In this document: in pieces, positions 8,928-18,703 of the stretch
Numbering within the stretch: position 1 is the stretch's first letter
Layout of the letters: the number at the start of each line of letters is the position of its first letter
Assembly (NCBI RefSeq): GCF_900167395.1
Contig: NZ_FUWK01000032.1
Coordinates: 1-32,000 of the forward strand
DNA: 32,000 nt
Reading direction: 5' to 3'
Source of the DNA: Nitrosomonas europaea
Lineage (GTDB): Bacteria; Pseudomonadota; Gammaproteobacteria; Burkholderiales; Nitrosomonadaceae
Made by a program: the position numbers and the translations under genes
The notes under the pieces: model-generated
Told to the model about the DNA's origin: nothing
Seen by the model: only the letters and a program-made list of their open reading frames with translations
The model's database searches: none

Positions 8928-10526
8928 TCAGTCAGTCTGTGCGCTGTGAACAGCCTGAAGTTTCCCGGCAATCACTGGCTTCATATCAGCCATAAACTCG
9001 CGCAGTACTGCTGCAGCCTCTTCCGGATCATGCTCATAGCCCGCAGCAATGATGATCTCGGCGCCATCATCTCCATTGCCCCAAACTCGATTTAGCGCCT
9101 GAATCATTTTGGCAACGTAAGGGTCAGCCGTTTCATAGCCGATCAGCCAGAACCACCTCCAGATCAGCAAGCGCTCTTTCGAAGCATGTAACTGATTCTG
9201 GTGCACAGTGAACGGTGCATCACCCAGCGAAATATTCCGCTTGCTTCCATCCATATTTCGCCACCTGCTGTCCCGGTCACTCACCAGAACATTGCTGGAA
9301 CTGACCAGTTTGTTATTCTGATCCTGATTCCGGTAATATGTTATATAAAGACCAACATGTTTATTTTCGCGATAGAAATGACCAATGAACTGCCTGGGAA
9401 AACCAATATAACCAGGTATCCAGTCAGTAAGAGAAGCTGAGGCCGTACTCCATTTACCGGAAAGATCTGCCACACTGATTTCCGATATCGGGCGTACATC
9501 GGATTTATTATTCAAATAATTCAGATAAACTGGCCAGATCATGGCGACTGCCACCACCAGTCCAGCCATGCCCAACGTTGATTTAATCGGGACGGAAGAA
9601 GATTCCAGACTAGCTGAGGAAGAATTTTCAACTGATACGGTTTCATCAAGATGATCTTCCCGCCAGAATGAGCCGATCCAGAACAGCAGCAACATGACCA
9701 GACCAAAAAAGATCCAGCCATAAACCAGATGATCGACACCAACCGCCAGTTGCATATCACTGAGATGACCGGTCATGACGATCAGATATGCGCGCACCCC
9801 GTTGGCAACGATCGGTACTACGATCGAAAATGCAATGAATATCAGTCTCCGGCTGATACTGTGGTAGGTCAGATAGGCGTAAAGTGTTCCCAACGTCACC
9901 GAAGCAATCAGATAACGCACTCCGCTACAGGCTTCCACAACCGACCAGTTACCGCTGGGAATACTGAAGAAACTCCCCTCACGATAAACCGGAATACCAG
10001 TTGCCTGTAACGCGCCAACGGTAAAATCAGCTGTAAAATCAATGAGAGGTGGAATGAATATTTCACCGAATGGTACAGCAAACAGCAGATATGCAAGTGG
10101 AAACAGAATGGCACTAAAAGCGCGTAAACCAAGCAAAGCCCAGACGATCACTGGTATCATCGCGACCAGAGCGTACTGTTCCACCACCACAACACTTGCA
10201 GCAGAAGCCAGCAACCACCCCGCCCCCAGCCCGACCAGCACCGATAATGGCATATAGTCAGGACGGTATTGAATCGTCGATAGCATTGCACGCTTTTTCC
10301 AGATCATGTACACGCTGAACGGGAGGATCAGGTAACCATGAGCATAGGTATCAGACCGGTTCCAGATAGCTACCATCGATTCGACGGTTGTATGATAAAT
10401 ACCCAGGATGACGGCGATTACCAGCAAGGTGATCAATGCTGTCACACTTCGCCCGTTAATCATTCTGCTGCCGACAGCAGTACGTTGTGATTGAACTGTA
10501 ATATTCATGGCAGAACCATCAGTCAA
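8928..10526 (-). CDS. xrtA: Exosortase A (XrtA) fused to a C-terminal EpsI-family domain
   Basis: 532-aa ORF with a TTG start preceded by GGAAGG. It is polytopic, with the exosortase catalytic signatures VVEACSGVRYL (Cys), PIVANGVRAY (Arg) and a downstream His (MTGHLSD). After about residue 300 there is one more TM helix (GMAGLVVAVAMIWPVYL) and then a roughly 200-aa soluble domain, as in EpsI. Gene context is the complete XrtA cassette. Confidence 0.85.
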   Translation of the reverse strand: MTDGSAMNITVQSQRTAVGSRMINGRSVTALITLLVIAVILGIYHTTVESMVAIWNRSDTYAHGYLILPFSVYMIWKKRAMLSTIQYRPDYMPLSVLVGLGAGWLLASAASVVVVEQYALVAMIPVIVWALLGLRAFSAILFPLAYLLFAVPFGEIFIPPLIDFTADFTVGALQATGIPVYREGSFFSIPSGNWSVVEACSGVRYLIASVTLGTLYAYLTYHSISRRLIFIAFSIVVPIVANGVRAYLIVMTGHLSDMQLAVGVDHLVYGWIFFGLVMLLLFWIGSFWREDHLDETVSVENSSSASLESSSVPIKSTLGMAGLVVAVAMIWPVYLNYLNNKSDVRPISEISVADLSGKWSTASASLTDWIPGYIGFPRQFIGHFYRENKHVGLYITYYRNQDQNNKLVSSSNVLVSDRDSRWRNMDGSKRNISLGDAPFTVHQNQLHASKERLLIWRWFWLIGYETADPYVAKMIQALNRVWGNGDDGAEIIIAAGYEHDPEEAAAVLREFMADMKPVIAGKLQAVHSAQTD

Positions 10527-10588
10527 AATAACCTTCCGCTAATGTATCTGGATATGGCAGAAACGGCCCATTTTTACTGAACCTTAAC

Positions 10589-11785
10589 CTAGGGTGCCGC
10601 AAGCAACGCATCGATTCGTGACAGATTAGCCGGCCAGGTGTAATCCTGCAGAACTCGTTCTCTCGCCAGTCGTCCCATGGTTACCTGTTCATCAGAGTCG
10701 AGAAGCAAGAGAATCTGCTCAGCAAAATCCCCGGCATCCCCAGCCACGATCAGTTCCTTCTCTGATACGGCATGAATTCCCTCCATTGCCTGTACGGAAA
10801 CAACAACAGGTTTTTGCATGGCCATTGCCTCCAGCACTTTGTTCTGGATACCCCGCGCAATCCGCAAGGGAGCAACTGCCACTGCTGCATGTATAAGATA
10901 CGGCCGAATATCCTCTACAGCGCCGGTCACATAGATCCCCGGCAAATCTGCCAGCATCTGTACCTGTCTGGCGGGTTTAGCACCCACAATATAAAAATCG
11001 ACATCCGGCTGTTTCGTGCGTATCGCAGGAAATACTGAATTTGCAAACCAGCTTACTGCATCGATATTAGCCCAATAATCCATGGCACCTGTAAACACCA
11101 GCACTTTCTTTGCAGCCGGATAAGGATTGAGATAACTACGCTGAGGGGAAAAAAAATCGGTATCGACACCATTATTGAAGAATGTCGTCTTACTTGCTGC
11201 ATCCGGCGCAAGCTGCCGGAATAACTCCGCCTCTTTTTCCGAAACAAAAGTTGAATGGCTGAATTCTTCCGCCACTTTCCTTTCATAATTCAGCAAATAT
11301 CGTGATTCCCTGTGATAAATCCGGTTGAACGGCCACTGCTTTGATAAAGCGTACTGCCGCCATTTATCCGAATCCACATCAACGAAATCGATGATGCGCC
11401 GACAACCAGATAAATGTTCAACATACTGCGCCATGGCAGAAGAGAAAACCACAATATCCTGTATGGATTCATTGCTGAACAGCGCTTTAATCCACTGCAT
11501 CAGCCTCGCGTCGCGATAATAAGCCAGTGTCAGCGGATCATTCCCGAACAACGCAAACAGGCTTCTTATCCTGGCCGACAGCGGATTCAGCCTGACAATG
11601 CATACATCCTGACAATACTTTCTGACTTCATCTTCATACTGCCAGTCTTCTTCATCATCAATGAACGTTCCCAGGTACACACGATAACGCTTGCTGAGGT
11701 GCTGCAGAAGATGAAAAGAACGTATCTTGTCTCCCTTATTGGGTGGATAAGGAATTCTGTGTGTCAGATAAAGGAGTCCCCGCAT
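10589..11785 (-). CDS. GT-B glycosyltransferase (PEP-CTERM/EpsH1 system-associated sugar transferase, stp1 type)
   Basis: 398-aa ORF. The N-terminus MRGLLYLTHRIPYPPNKGDKIRSFH is typical of this subfamily. The C-terminal GIQNKVLEAMAMQKPVVVS is a nucleotide-sugar binding region. Confidence 0.8.
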   Translation of the reverse strand: MRGLLYLTHRIPYPPNKGDKIRSFHLLQHLSKRYRVYLGTFIDDEEDWQYEDEVRKYCQDVCIVRLNPLSARIRSLFALFGNDPLTLAYYRDARLMQWIKALFSNESIQDIVVFSSAMAQYVEHLSGCRRIIDFVDVDSDKWRQYALSKQWPFNRIYHRESRYLLNYERKVAEEFSHSTFVSEKEAELFRQLAPDAASKTTFFNNGVDTDFFSPQRSYLNPYPAAKKVLVFTGAMDYWANIDAVSWFANSVFPAIRTKQPDVDFYIVGAKPARQVQMLADLPGIYVTGAVEDIRPYLIHAAVAVAPLRIARGIQNKVLEAMAMQKPVVVSVQAMEGIHAVSEKELIVAGDAGDFAEQILLLLDSDEQVTMGRLARERVLQDYTWPANLSRIDALLAAP

Positions 11786-11791
11786 CCTTTC

Positions 11792-12871
11792 TTAACCCAG
11801 ATTTTTAACGATATGCGGGCCGAGCATATTGGCCAGAGCCAAAGGCATCTTCTGCCAAGCCTTGATAAAAAGCTGATACTTTGGATTAAGCGGATTATGT
11901 TCAGGAATCGTTTTTGCTTGATGGAGCTGGTATTCATAAAACAACGGCTGCGGCTCAAACCCCCAGTTCTTTTTAAAACTGTATGATCCGGTTCCTCGCT
12001 TGCTGCGTCCGAAATCGAAAACCCGGTAGCCCCGTTCACAGGCACGCCGCATCAGTTCCCAGTACATGAAATCATTACCCGCCAGATCTCGAGCCGCGTC
12101 CGTTCCACCGCCATAATAAGGCAGCACTTCATCCCGGAAATAGAAACTCATGACTGCGCTGACTACATTTTCATCTTTAGTGATAATGAGCAGCTCACAA
12201 TCTTCTGCAAAAACACTTTTCAATAACCGGAAATATTTGCGGGAAAAAACTGGTGTACCCAGGCGATGTACACTGGCTGAATAGGCTCGAAAAAAATGGT
12301 CGGTATCCTGATCCAGATAGCTCTGCAACTCATATTTCATCCCTTTACGTACCATGGCACGCTGCTTGCGGGGAATTGCCAGCATGTTTTGCTCTACATC
12401 AGAATCCATGGTTTTGCGGAACGTAACGTATAAATCTTTAGTGGGCCAATCGTGGTGAAAAGGGTGAAGATGACGATATTCCAGATAATCAACCTTCAGA
12501 TATGTTGCCAACATCTGGGCTGCCTGATCAAGGCGGATTCGTGCGTCATCTGATATTGCAGCAATACCACCATACACACAAAATGGCAAAGCACTCAGGC
12601 TGTGCCCGAATAACAAACTGTCAATCTCTGCCAGAGGCAATACACCTTGAATACACCCGCCCTCTTCTATATACAGGAACCAGGTTTTATGCCCGAAAGC
12701 TTGTTCTATCACCTGCTTCCATCCGGCACGGTGAAAAAAGGTCGCTTCAGGACAAGCCATGATGAACTCATCCCAAGCCTGGAATTTATCTGGGGATAAC
12801 ACAGAAATCCCGGGTAATGCGCCTGGAAACAAATAAGGCGTATTTTGCACAATAGAACCGCTGAAACTCAC
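11792..12871 (-). CDS. FemAB-related protein, PEP-CTERM system-associated
   Basis: 359-aa ORF. The GTG start overlaps the upstream stop (GTGA). ATFFHRAGWKQVIEQAFGH, VLPYYGGG and FDFGRS segments are typical of FemAB-like (aminoacyl-transferase fold) proteins found in XrtA loci. Confidence 0.8.
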   Translation of the reverse strand: MSFSGSIVQNTPYLFPGALPGISVLSPDKFQAWDEFIMACPEATFFHRAGWKQVIEQAFGHKTWFLYIEEGGCIQGVLPLAEIDSLLFGHSLSALPFCVYGGIAAISDDARIRLDQAAQMLATYLKVDYLEYRHLHPFHHDWPTKDLYVTFRKTMDSDVEQNMLAIPRKQRAMVRKGMKYELQSYLDQDTDHFFRAYSASVHRLGTPVFSRKYFRLLKSVFAEDCELLIITKDENVVSAVMSFYFRDEVLPYYGGGTDAARDLAGNDFMYWELMRRACERGYRVFDFGRSKRGTGSYSFKKNWGFEPQPLFYEYQLHQAKTIPEHNPLNPKYQLFIKAWQKMPLALANMLGPHIVKNLG

Positions 12872-13716
12872 ACCGACTGTCGCAGGAAAATCTGATCCAT
12901 ACGCCCCCAGTCGAAATGTCGGATCAGGGCATCGAGCCGTTTTTCCATACGACCCAGATTAAGGTAATGACGAAAACGCGTCTTGAAGCTAATTCCCACT
13001 TGCCGGGGCTGATCGGGATCGATCTCCCATGGGTGAAAATAAAAAATTGCAGGTTGACGATCAACTGAGTTGACTCTCTGCAAAAACCAGCGCGAAACCG
13101 CATAGGGCCAAAGACGGAAATAGCCGCCTCCACCTGCTGGAAAATTACGATCCAGCAAGCGTACAGTAGTTACCGGTAATTCAAGTATTTTCCGGGAGCC
13201 AGTCGGATTAAAGGCAAAACGCGGAGCGTCCGGCATACCGTAATGATCATGCTCTACCGGATAAATACTGGAACTATATCGATAGCCTGCTTCTTCCAGG
13301 TAATCCAGCGCCCAGAGATTATCTTTATTGATAGAAAAACTGGGGGCACGATACCCCCAGACAGACTGCCCACCAATATCTTCCAGCAGGAATTTACTGC
13401 GAGCAATATCATCATAAAACTGCCCGCGGCTCAGCTCAGTAACACGGTGATGGGCATAACCATGACTGGCCAGTTCATGGCCATTCTCAACAATTCTTTT
13501 CACCATGGACGGATAACGCTCTGCTATCCAGCCCAATGTAAAAAAAGTGGCCTTGATTTTATGCTCGTCCAGCAACACGAGAATCCGGTCAATATTGCGC
13601 TCGACTCTGCATGGCAAACTATCCCAGGATGAACGCGGAATATACCGGGCAAAAGCCGATACCTGGAAATAATCTTCCACATCAATGGTCAACGCATTAC
13701 GGATCATAAGATTCAT
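12868..13716 (-). CDS. XrtA-system polysaccharide deacetylase (NodB/CE4)
   Basis: 282-aa ORF. Has the NodB motifs LTIDVEDYF and HELASHGYAH, followed by WGYRAPSFS. ATGA overlap with the upstream ATPase gene. Confidence 0.85.
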   Translation of the reverse strand: MNLMIRNALTIDVEDYFQVSAFARYIPRSSWDSLPCRVERNIDRILVLLDEHKIKATFFTLGWIAERYPSMVKRIVENGHELASHGYAHHRVTELSRGQFYDDIARSKFLLEDIGGQSVWGYRAPSFSINKDNLWALDYLEEAGYRYSSSIYPVEHDHYGMPDAPRFAFNPTGSRKILELPVTTVRLLDRNFPAGGGGYFRLWPYAVSRWFLQRVNSVDRQPAIFYFHPWEIDPDQPRQVGISFKTRFRHYLNLGRMEKRLDALIRHFDWGRMDQIFLRQSV

Positions 13717-14546
13717 TCAGGAGAAACCGCCAGATCAAACTCTTTTTGAATATCGAGCATTACTTCATTCGCTTCAGCTTTACCCAAAGTCTGTAATTCT
13801 TCCAAACACCCCATGATCAGCAATCTGTCACAAAACAGATTGATTTTACGAGGAATCCCGGCAGAAAAATTATGTATCACTTCAAAAATCTCATCCTGCA
13901 GTACAGGACTTCCATTCCAACCGGCTTTTTGAAGACGATGTTCGATATAGGCCCTGGTTTCCGCCTGATCCAGCGGACCCAGATGATAGGTGGCAATCAC
14001 TCTCTGGCGCAGTTGCTGCATTTGACTGCCGAGCAACGTCCTCCTGAACTCTGGCTGGCCAAGTAAAAAGGTTTGTAACAAAGGCCTGTTATCTGACTGA
14101 AAGTTCGATAACATCCGCAATTCTTCAAGTGTCTGCGGAAGAAGATTTTGTGCCTCATCAACCACTAGTAAAACTCGTGTACTTTCCCGTTCACACTTAC
14201 GCATAAATCGTTCGAGCTCGAGCAGCAATGCAGCCTTGGACAGACCTTCATAAGAAAGGCCAAAAGCAGCAGCTACCATTCTCAAGGCATCATCCGGGTC
14301 CAGCCGTGTACTCACCAATTGTGCAGCCGCCACCCGCTCTTGCCTCAACTTCTGGAACAGGTAGCGCATCAGGGTTGTTTTGCCAGCGCCTACATCACCC
14401 GTAATGATGATAAAACCATCTTCCTGCGAAAGGCCGTATTCAAGATAAGCCGCAGCACGTTTATGGCCTCGACTGGGAAAAAAGAAATTCGGGTCGGGTT
14501 TTAACTGAAACGGCTTCTCAGCAAAACCATAGTAGGCTAGATACAT
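13713..14546 (-). CDS. XrtA/PEP-CTERM system-associated AAA ATPase (ExeA-like)
   Basis: 277-aa ORF. The N-terminus MYLAYYGFAEKPF is typical of ExeA-like proteins. Walker A is GDVGAGKTT and Walker B is LLVVDEAQNL. Confidence 0.85.
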   Translation of the reverse strand: MYLAYYGFAEKPFQLKPDPNFFFPSRGHKRAAAYLEYGLSQEDGFIIITGDVGAGKTTLMRYLFQKLRQERVAAAQLVSTRLDPDDALRMVAAAFGLSYEGLSKAALLLELERFMRKCERESTRVLLVVDEAQNLLPQTLEELRMLSNFQSDNRPLLQTFLLGQPEFRRTLLGSQMQQLRQRVIATYHLGPLDQAETRAYIEHRLQKAGWNGSPVLQDEIFEVIHNFSAGIPRKINLFCDRLLIMGCLEELQTLGKAEANEVMLDIQKEFDLAVSPE

Positions 14547-14560
14547 AAAATTTCAATTTT

Positions 14561-16135
14561 CTAAAAATTCATGTTCAAAGTAGCCGTTATCGCATTGGCA
14601 TCATAGCTGCCGTTATTGCGATTAGACTCACGGTGGAGATGATAGTACATGATCGACCCGCTGATATTAGAAGTAAATCGCTTATTCAAGCCGGCCGTCA
14701 CTATTATGTTGTCATCTTCCTGACTGGTTACATCATAACTGGTTCTGATATACCCCAGATTGATATTGGCATTTGTTCTGGGAGACAACCGGTGATTCCA
14801 CAATAGATTGCCTCCTGTCTGCGTAGTATCTCTAGTCAATGCTGCATTCTCGATACCAATCAAATCAGCATCTTCCTCATCTGAACTGAATGATTTTCTG
14901 GAATAGCTAAATCCACGAAATACCAGCGAATTCTTCTTACCATTCAAAGTAAGCGAAGCCTGTAAACGTCTAAGCAAAAACAAACGATTGGTCAGAAAAT
15001 TATTCGGGTCAGAAAATGAGAGCGGAAGCCCCTGGTTCAATAATGCGTCTCCTCCCTGAATGCCGGAAAATAATTGACCCAACATAGAGGCACTCAAAAT
15101 TGAACCACCAGCCAGAGATTGCTGACCGAAAGTAGTGATATCCTCTACATAACTCAGATTCCATACTGTACTGCGAGTACGGTGATCAACTGATGCTGCA
15201 TAAGTATTACCGAAAAATCTTTTCCCTCCTGACGCATCAATTTTCGTCCTTTTGGTAGGAGTCCAAGAAAAACCAACTGTCCATAATGGGCTGGATGTCC
15301 GCCCTCTTATCGAAATAAAACTGTTGCGCTCATATCCCGCCGTACCGATCAGGCTAAATTGTGACGTCACTATATATCTAAGTGTGCCAGTAGTCCGCTC
15401 CAGCTCGATCGTTTGCAACCTCCCAAGATTGGATCTGGCATACTTTCTGTCGATCTGTGTATGACTGTAATTGACTCCCCAGCCAAGCGTCCTGAACGCC
15501 GAACCGCTATTCAGAGAAAAAATTGCCGCATCAGAGCTGCTATTGGAGAAACTATTGGCATTCGAACTGACTTCACCGTGAACGTAGCGAACTTCACCTG
15601 AAGCAAGATTACTGAAACGCTGGCGCACATAGGGACTGATATTCCACATGTAGATATTTCTCCGATTTCCCGTCAAAACGGCATTATCCGGCGCCTGTGG
15701 CCCAAACAAGAAAGCATTCTGCTGGGAGATTGTAGCTCGCCCATCTACAAAAAAATGATGCTTGATAATTTCAGCAGTGGCATCAGTATTCAATTGATTC
15801 CGTATCCGGAATCGCTCATTTTTTGCGTAAATGAGATTATTCAAAGTGTAACTAAGATTCGATTTAAAGCGACGCCCTTCACCGGTTATACTTACCCCCG
15901 GGTTAATTTGTGTAATAAACTCCCCTCCTCTGCCAGCTCCACCAAACCCTCCGAAACCTCCTCCACCTAACCCCACGTTATCAGTATAAGTCTCGCTGAC
16001 TGTTAACCGTGGCTGAATATTCCACTCTGCTGCACTTACCTGAAACCCCCAGCTACTCAATCCAACAATACAACCAACCCTCAGACACATCCTCAAACGG
16101 GAGAAATTGTCATTACCGCACCCAAATGATTTCAT
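14561..16135 (-). CDS. PEP-CTERM system-associated putative outer-membrane beta-barrel protein
   Basis: About 524 aa. A signal-peptide-like N-terminus ends FQVSA-AE. The rest is rich in alternating Y/S/T/N/G with a C-terminal aromatic residue (LNMNF), as in OM beta-barrels. The ATG at 16135 overlaps the TGA of the kinase gene (TGATG); the ORF-track start at 16138 is a TTG one codon upstream. Confidence 0.65.
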   Translation of the reverse strand: MKSFGCGNDNFSRLRMCLRVGCIVGLSSWGFQVSAAEWNIQPRLTVSETYTDNVGLGGGGFGGFGGAGRGGEFITQINPGVSITGEGRRFKSNLSYTLNNLIYAKNERFRIRNQLNTDATAEIIKHHFFVDGRATISQQNAFLFGPQAPDNAVLTGNRRNIYMWNISPYVRQRFSNLASGEVRYVHGEVSSNANSFSNSSSDAAIFSLNSGSAFRTLGWGVNYSHTQIDRKYARSNLGRLQTIELERTTGTLRYIVTSQFSLIGTAGYERNSFISIRGRTSSPLWTVGFSWTPTKRTKIDASGGKRFFGNTYAASVDHRTRSTVWNLSYVEDITTFGQQSLAGGSILSASMLGQLFSGIQGGDALLNQGLPLSFSDPNNFLTNRLFLLRRLQASLTLNGKKNSLVFRGFSYSRKSFSSDEEDADLIGIENAALTRDTTQTGGNLLWNHRLSPRTNANINLGYIRTSYDVTSQEDDNIIVTAGLNKRFTSNISGSIMYYHLHRESNRNNGSYDANAITATLNMNF

Positions 16136-17076
16136 CAATAATAGCCGTAGTATTCGGTGCTGCCATGTGCTCTGGCTTTGTTATAAATGAGGTTAACTAC
16201 ATCGCATGCCTCAATCTGCTGTAAAGCCTCTTTTACCGTCTGCTGAGTTGTCCTCTCCGCCTCGACTACCAGCACGATTTGTCCCATCTGGCTTGCCAGC
16301 ACTCGCGCCTCACTGGTCAACAATAATGGGGGAGAATCAAAAATCACCACACGATCATGATAGCGTTGCGCAAGCTCTACCAGAATAGAATGCATACTCT
16401 GGCTGGCCAGCAATTCAGTTGCATGTGTATGGCGCCTCCCTGCCGGTATCAGCGTCAACTTCTTTATATTGGTTTTCATCATCACATCAGATATCGACAG
16501 CTGTGAATCACGAAGCATATCCAGCAATCCCGGTTCTTCCGGACTAAAGCCCAAGGTTGCAGGAATAGAGGGACGCGCAACATCAGCATCCACCAGCAAA
16601 ACCCGATGGTCCATTTCCATTGCGATACTCATTGCCAAATTCAGTGAGCAGAAGCTTTTCCCTTCTCCGGACAAAGAGCTGGTAACCATGATCAGGTTAC
16701 CGTTCTTTACTCCACTGTCCGGGTTGAATGCGTTAGCAAGTAACGGACGCTTTATCAGCCGAAACTGTTCAGCTATTTCAGATTTAGTATGGTGAAGCGT
16801 GACAACACCCTTACGGTGCAGATTTTCCAGATCGACTTCGATTCTTTTAACTGTCTTTTTTGTGTCAGCAGCTTTATTAATCCGATCGGCTCCCACCTCT
16901 TCTTTGATAATCCTGCCGTGCCCAGTTTTTTTACCCGGCACTCCATCAGATGAAAATAACGAATCGGGGCCGATTCCTTCACGAGAATCATGCTGCGACA
17001 CACTGCCTGGCATAAAGCCATTCATATCATTCTTTACAAGCTTGTCCGCAGCCCTTTCTATCAGGCTCATATCCAC
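16135..17076 (-). CDS. BY-kinase type tyrosine autokinase (cytoplasmic ATPase subunit), XrtA-locus subfamily
   Basis: 313-aa ORF. Walker A is SSLSGEGKS, Walker A-prime is VLLVDADVARP, Walker B is VVIFDSPP, and the C-terminal Tyr cluster is STEYYGYY. Confidence 0.8.
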   Translation of the reverse strand: MDMSLIERAADKLVKNDMNGFMPGSVSQHDSREGIGPDSLFSSDGVPGKKTGHGRIIKEEVGADRINKAADTKKTVKRIEVDLENLHRKGVVTLHHTKSEIAEQFRLIKRPLLANAFNPDSGVKNGNLIMVTSSLSGEGKSFCSLNLAMSIAMEMDHRVLLVDADVARPSIPATLGFSPEEPGLLDMLRDSQLSISDVMMKTNIKKLTLIPAGRRHTHATELLASQSMHSILVELAQRYHDRVVIFDSPPLLLTSEARVLASQMGQIVLVVEAERTTQQTVKEALQQIEACDVVNLIYNKARAHGSTEYYGYY

Positions 17077-17110
17077 TCCATCATTATATTACAACCCTTA
17101 CACCATCAAT

Positions 17111-18661
17111 TCAGGCAGCTGTCATCCCATGTGGCTTTACATAAATCATCAAGACAACATAGCATGCCATCAGCATCAACAGAGAAATACCAAACGCATA
17201 AATCTTCCTCTTGTCTTTTAATTTTTGCTGTTCTGTCCATACCATTGGAATCGTCCCCAGAATCGGCAAACCTGTCAGCTCCCTCAAAGTACTCTGGCTA
17301 TGGAATGTTGGCCGGATCTGGCTAATAATGAAAGCAAAACCAATTCCTCCCGCTAGGGCTCCAATCAAAACAAGTGTAAAAAATTTCTTGCGATCCGGTC
17401 CGGATGGAGCTTCTGGAACCGTAGGAGGATCAACGATCCTGAAAGACATCAAGCCTGAAGTAGAAGTCAGCTCACCAGAGATTTCAGCAGATGCTCTACG
17501 CTCCAGCAGCTTCTCATAATTGGCTTTATTCACATTGTAATCACGGTTGAGCTGCTGCATCTCCACCTCTACGGCAGGAACCGTATTACTCATCGATTTC
17601 AGACGTTCAAAGCGGGCTTCATACTCCGCCACCCGCGCCTTCATGGATGCCACTTGTGCTTCGGATTCAGCCAGTGCGATATTCAGTTGCTGCATCATCG
17701 GATCATAATTTCTACCACGATTATTGACTGTACCGGCAAGTTTGGCTTCTTCGACCTTACGCTCCTCCAATTGAGCAATCAGTCGTTTGGTGGCGACAAC
17801 ATCAGGATGTTGATCGGTAAAATTCAACATCAAATTATCCAGATTCGTATTCAATGCCTGAATACGGGAATCGATCTCCGGATTGACAATACTTTGCGGT
17901 GATACTTCACCCACTTCGAACAACAGCACCGGCTCATCACCCGTTATCTGTTTCTTGACTGCATCACGTGCCTGTTCAGCCTCAAGCAAGGTAAGCCTGG
18001 CCTTTTCCAACTCTTCTGCAGCCGATACCAGTTGACTGTAGTAATCCCCCCCCTGTCCGGGCAAAAAACCAATATTCTTCTGTTTGAAAGCCGTCAATGC
18101 TGCTTCGGCAGCAACCAGCTTTTCCTCATAGGCAGCAATTTGCTGGTCGATAAAACGCAATGCAGAAGCTGAATCCTGTTTTTTACCTTCCAACCCACCT
18201 TCAACAAAAATAGTCAACAGTGACTGGACAATGTCCTTGGCCAGCCTGGGATCTTTATTATCATATGAAATCATGAAAATATTATCGCTACCCGTCGTTG
18301 AAAGCTTGATATCCTTCATCAGGGTAGTGACCAGCTTTTCTCTGGCACTGTCATCTGTAATCTTGATATCCAGATCAACCATACGAATGATTCTCTCGAC
18401 ATTCGGTCGACTGATGAGCGTTCGGCTCATTATGGTAATCTGCTGGTCCGGGTTGGGGGATACCGTCATCCCGGCCATCAGCGGGCGCAGAATACTCTGG
18501 GTATCGACGTAAATCCGTGCAGAAGCCTGATAATTGTCCGGCATCTGATAAACGAAGAACCAGCCCGCAATCGCGACAGTCCATGCGGTCGCAACTGAAG
18601 CCCATCTATATTTCCAGATACCCTTGATATAAACCAGCAGTTGAGCAATCAACTCACTCAT
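17111..18661 (-). CDS. Polysaccharide chain-length determinant (PCP/Wzz-like), XrtA-locus subfamily
   Basis: 516-aa ORF. Has an N-terminal TM helix (WASVATAWTVAIAGWFFVY) and a long coiled-coil-like periplasmic region rich in E/A/L/Q. The Pro-rich PCP motif PPTVPEAPSGPDRKK precedes the C-terminal TM helices. Confidence 0.8.
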   Translation of the reverse strand: MSELIAQLLVYIKGIWKYRWASVATAWTVAIAGWFFVYQMPDNYQASARIYVDTQSILRPLMAGMTVSPNPDQQITIMSRTLISRPNVERIIRMVDLDIKITDDSAREKLVTTLMKDIKLSTTGSDNIFMISYDNKDPRLAKDIVQSLLTIFVEGGLEGKKQDSASALRFIDQQIAAYEEKLVAAEAALTAFKQKNIGFLPGQGGDYYSQLVSAAEELEKARLTLLEAEQARDAVKKQITGDEPVLLFEVGEVSPQSIVNPEIDSRIQALNTNLDNLMLNFTDQHPDVVATKRLIAQLEERKVEEAKLAGTVNNRGRNYDPMMQQLNIALAESEAQVASMKARVAEYEARFERLKSMSNTVPAVEVEMQQLNRDYNVNKANYEKLLERRASAEISGELTSTSGLMSFRIVDPPTVPEAPSGPDRKKFFTLVLIGALAGGIGFAFIISQIRPTFHSQSTLRELTGLPILGTIPMVWTEQQKLKDKRKIYAFGISLLMLMACYVVLMIYVKPHGMTAA

Positions 18662-18703
18662 ATCGGGTCACCTCTTCATTTATCACGATCACGATCAAAT
18701 CAA

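Noticed and set aside
8378-8995. 205-aa plus-strand ORF, together with the similar plus-strand ORFs at 11414-11986 and 13243-13632
   Set aside because: All are antisense to well-supported EPS genes (glycosyltransferases and the deacetylase). I recognised no motifs in them.
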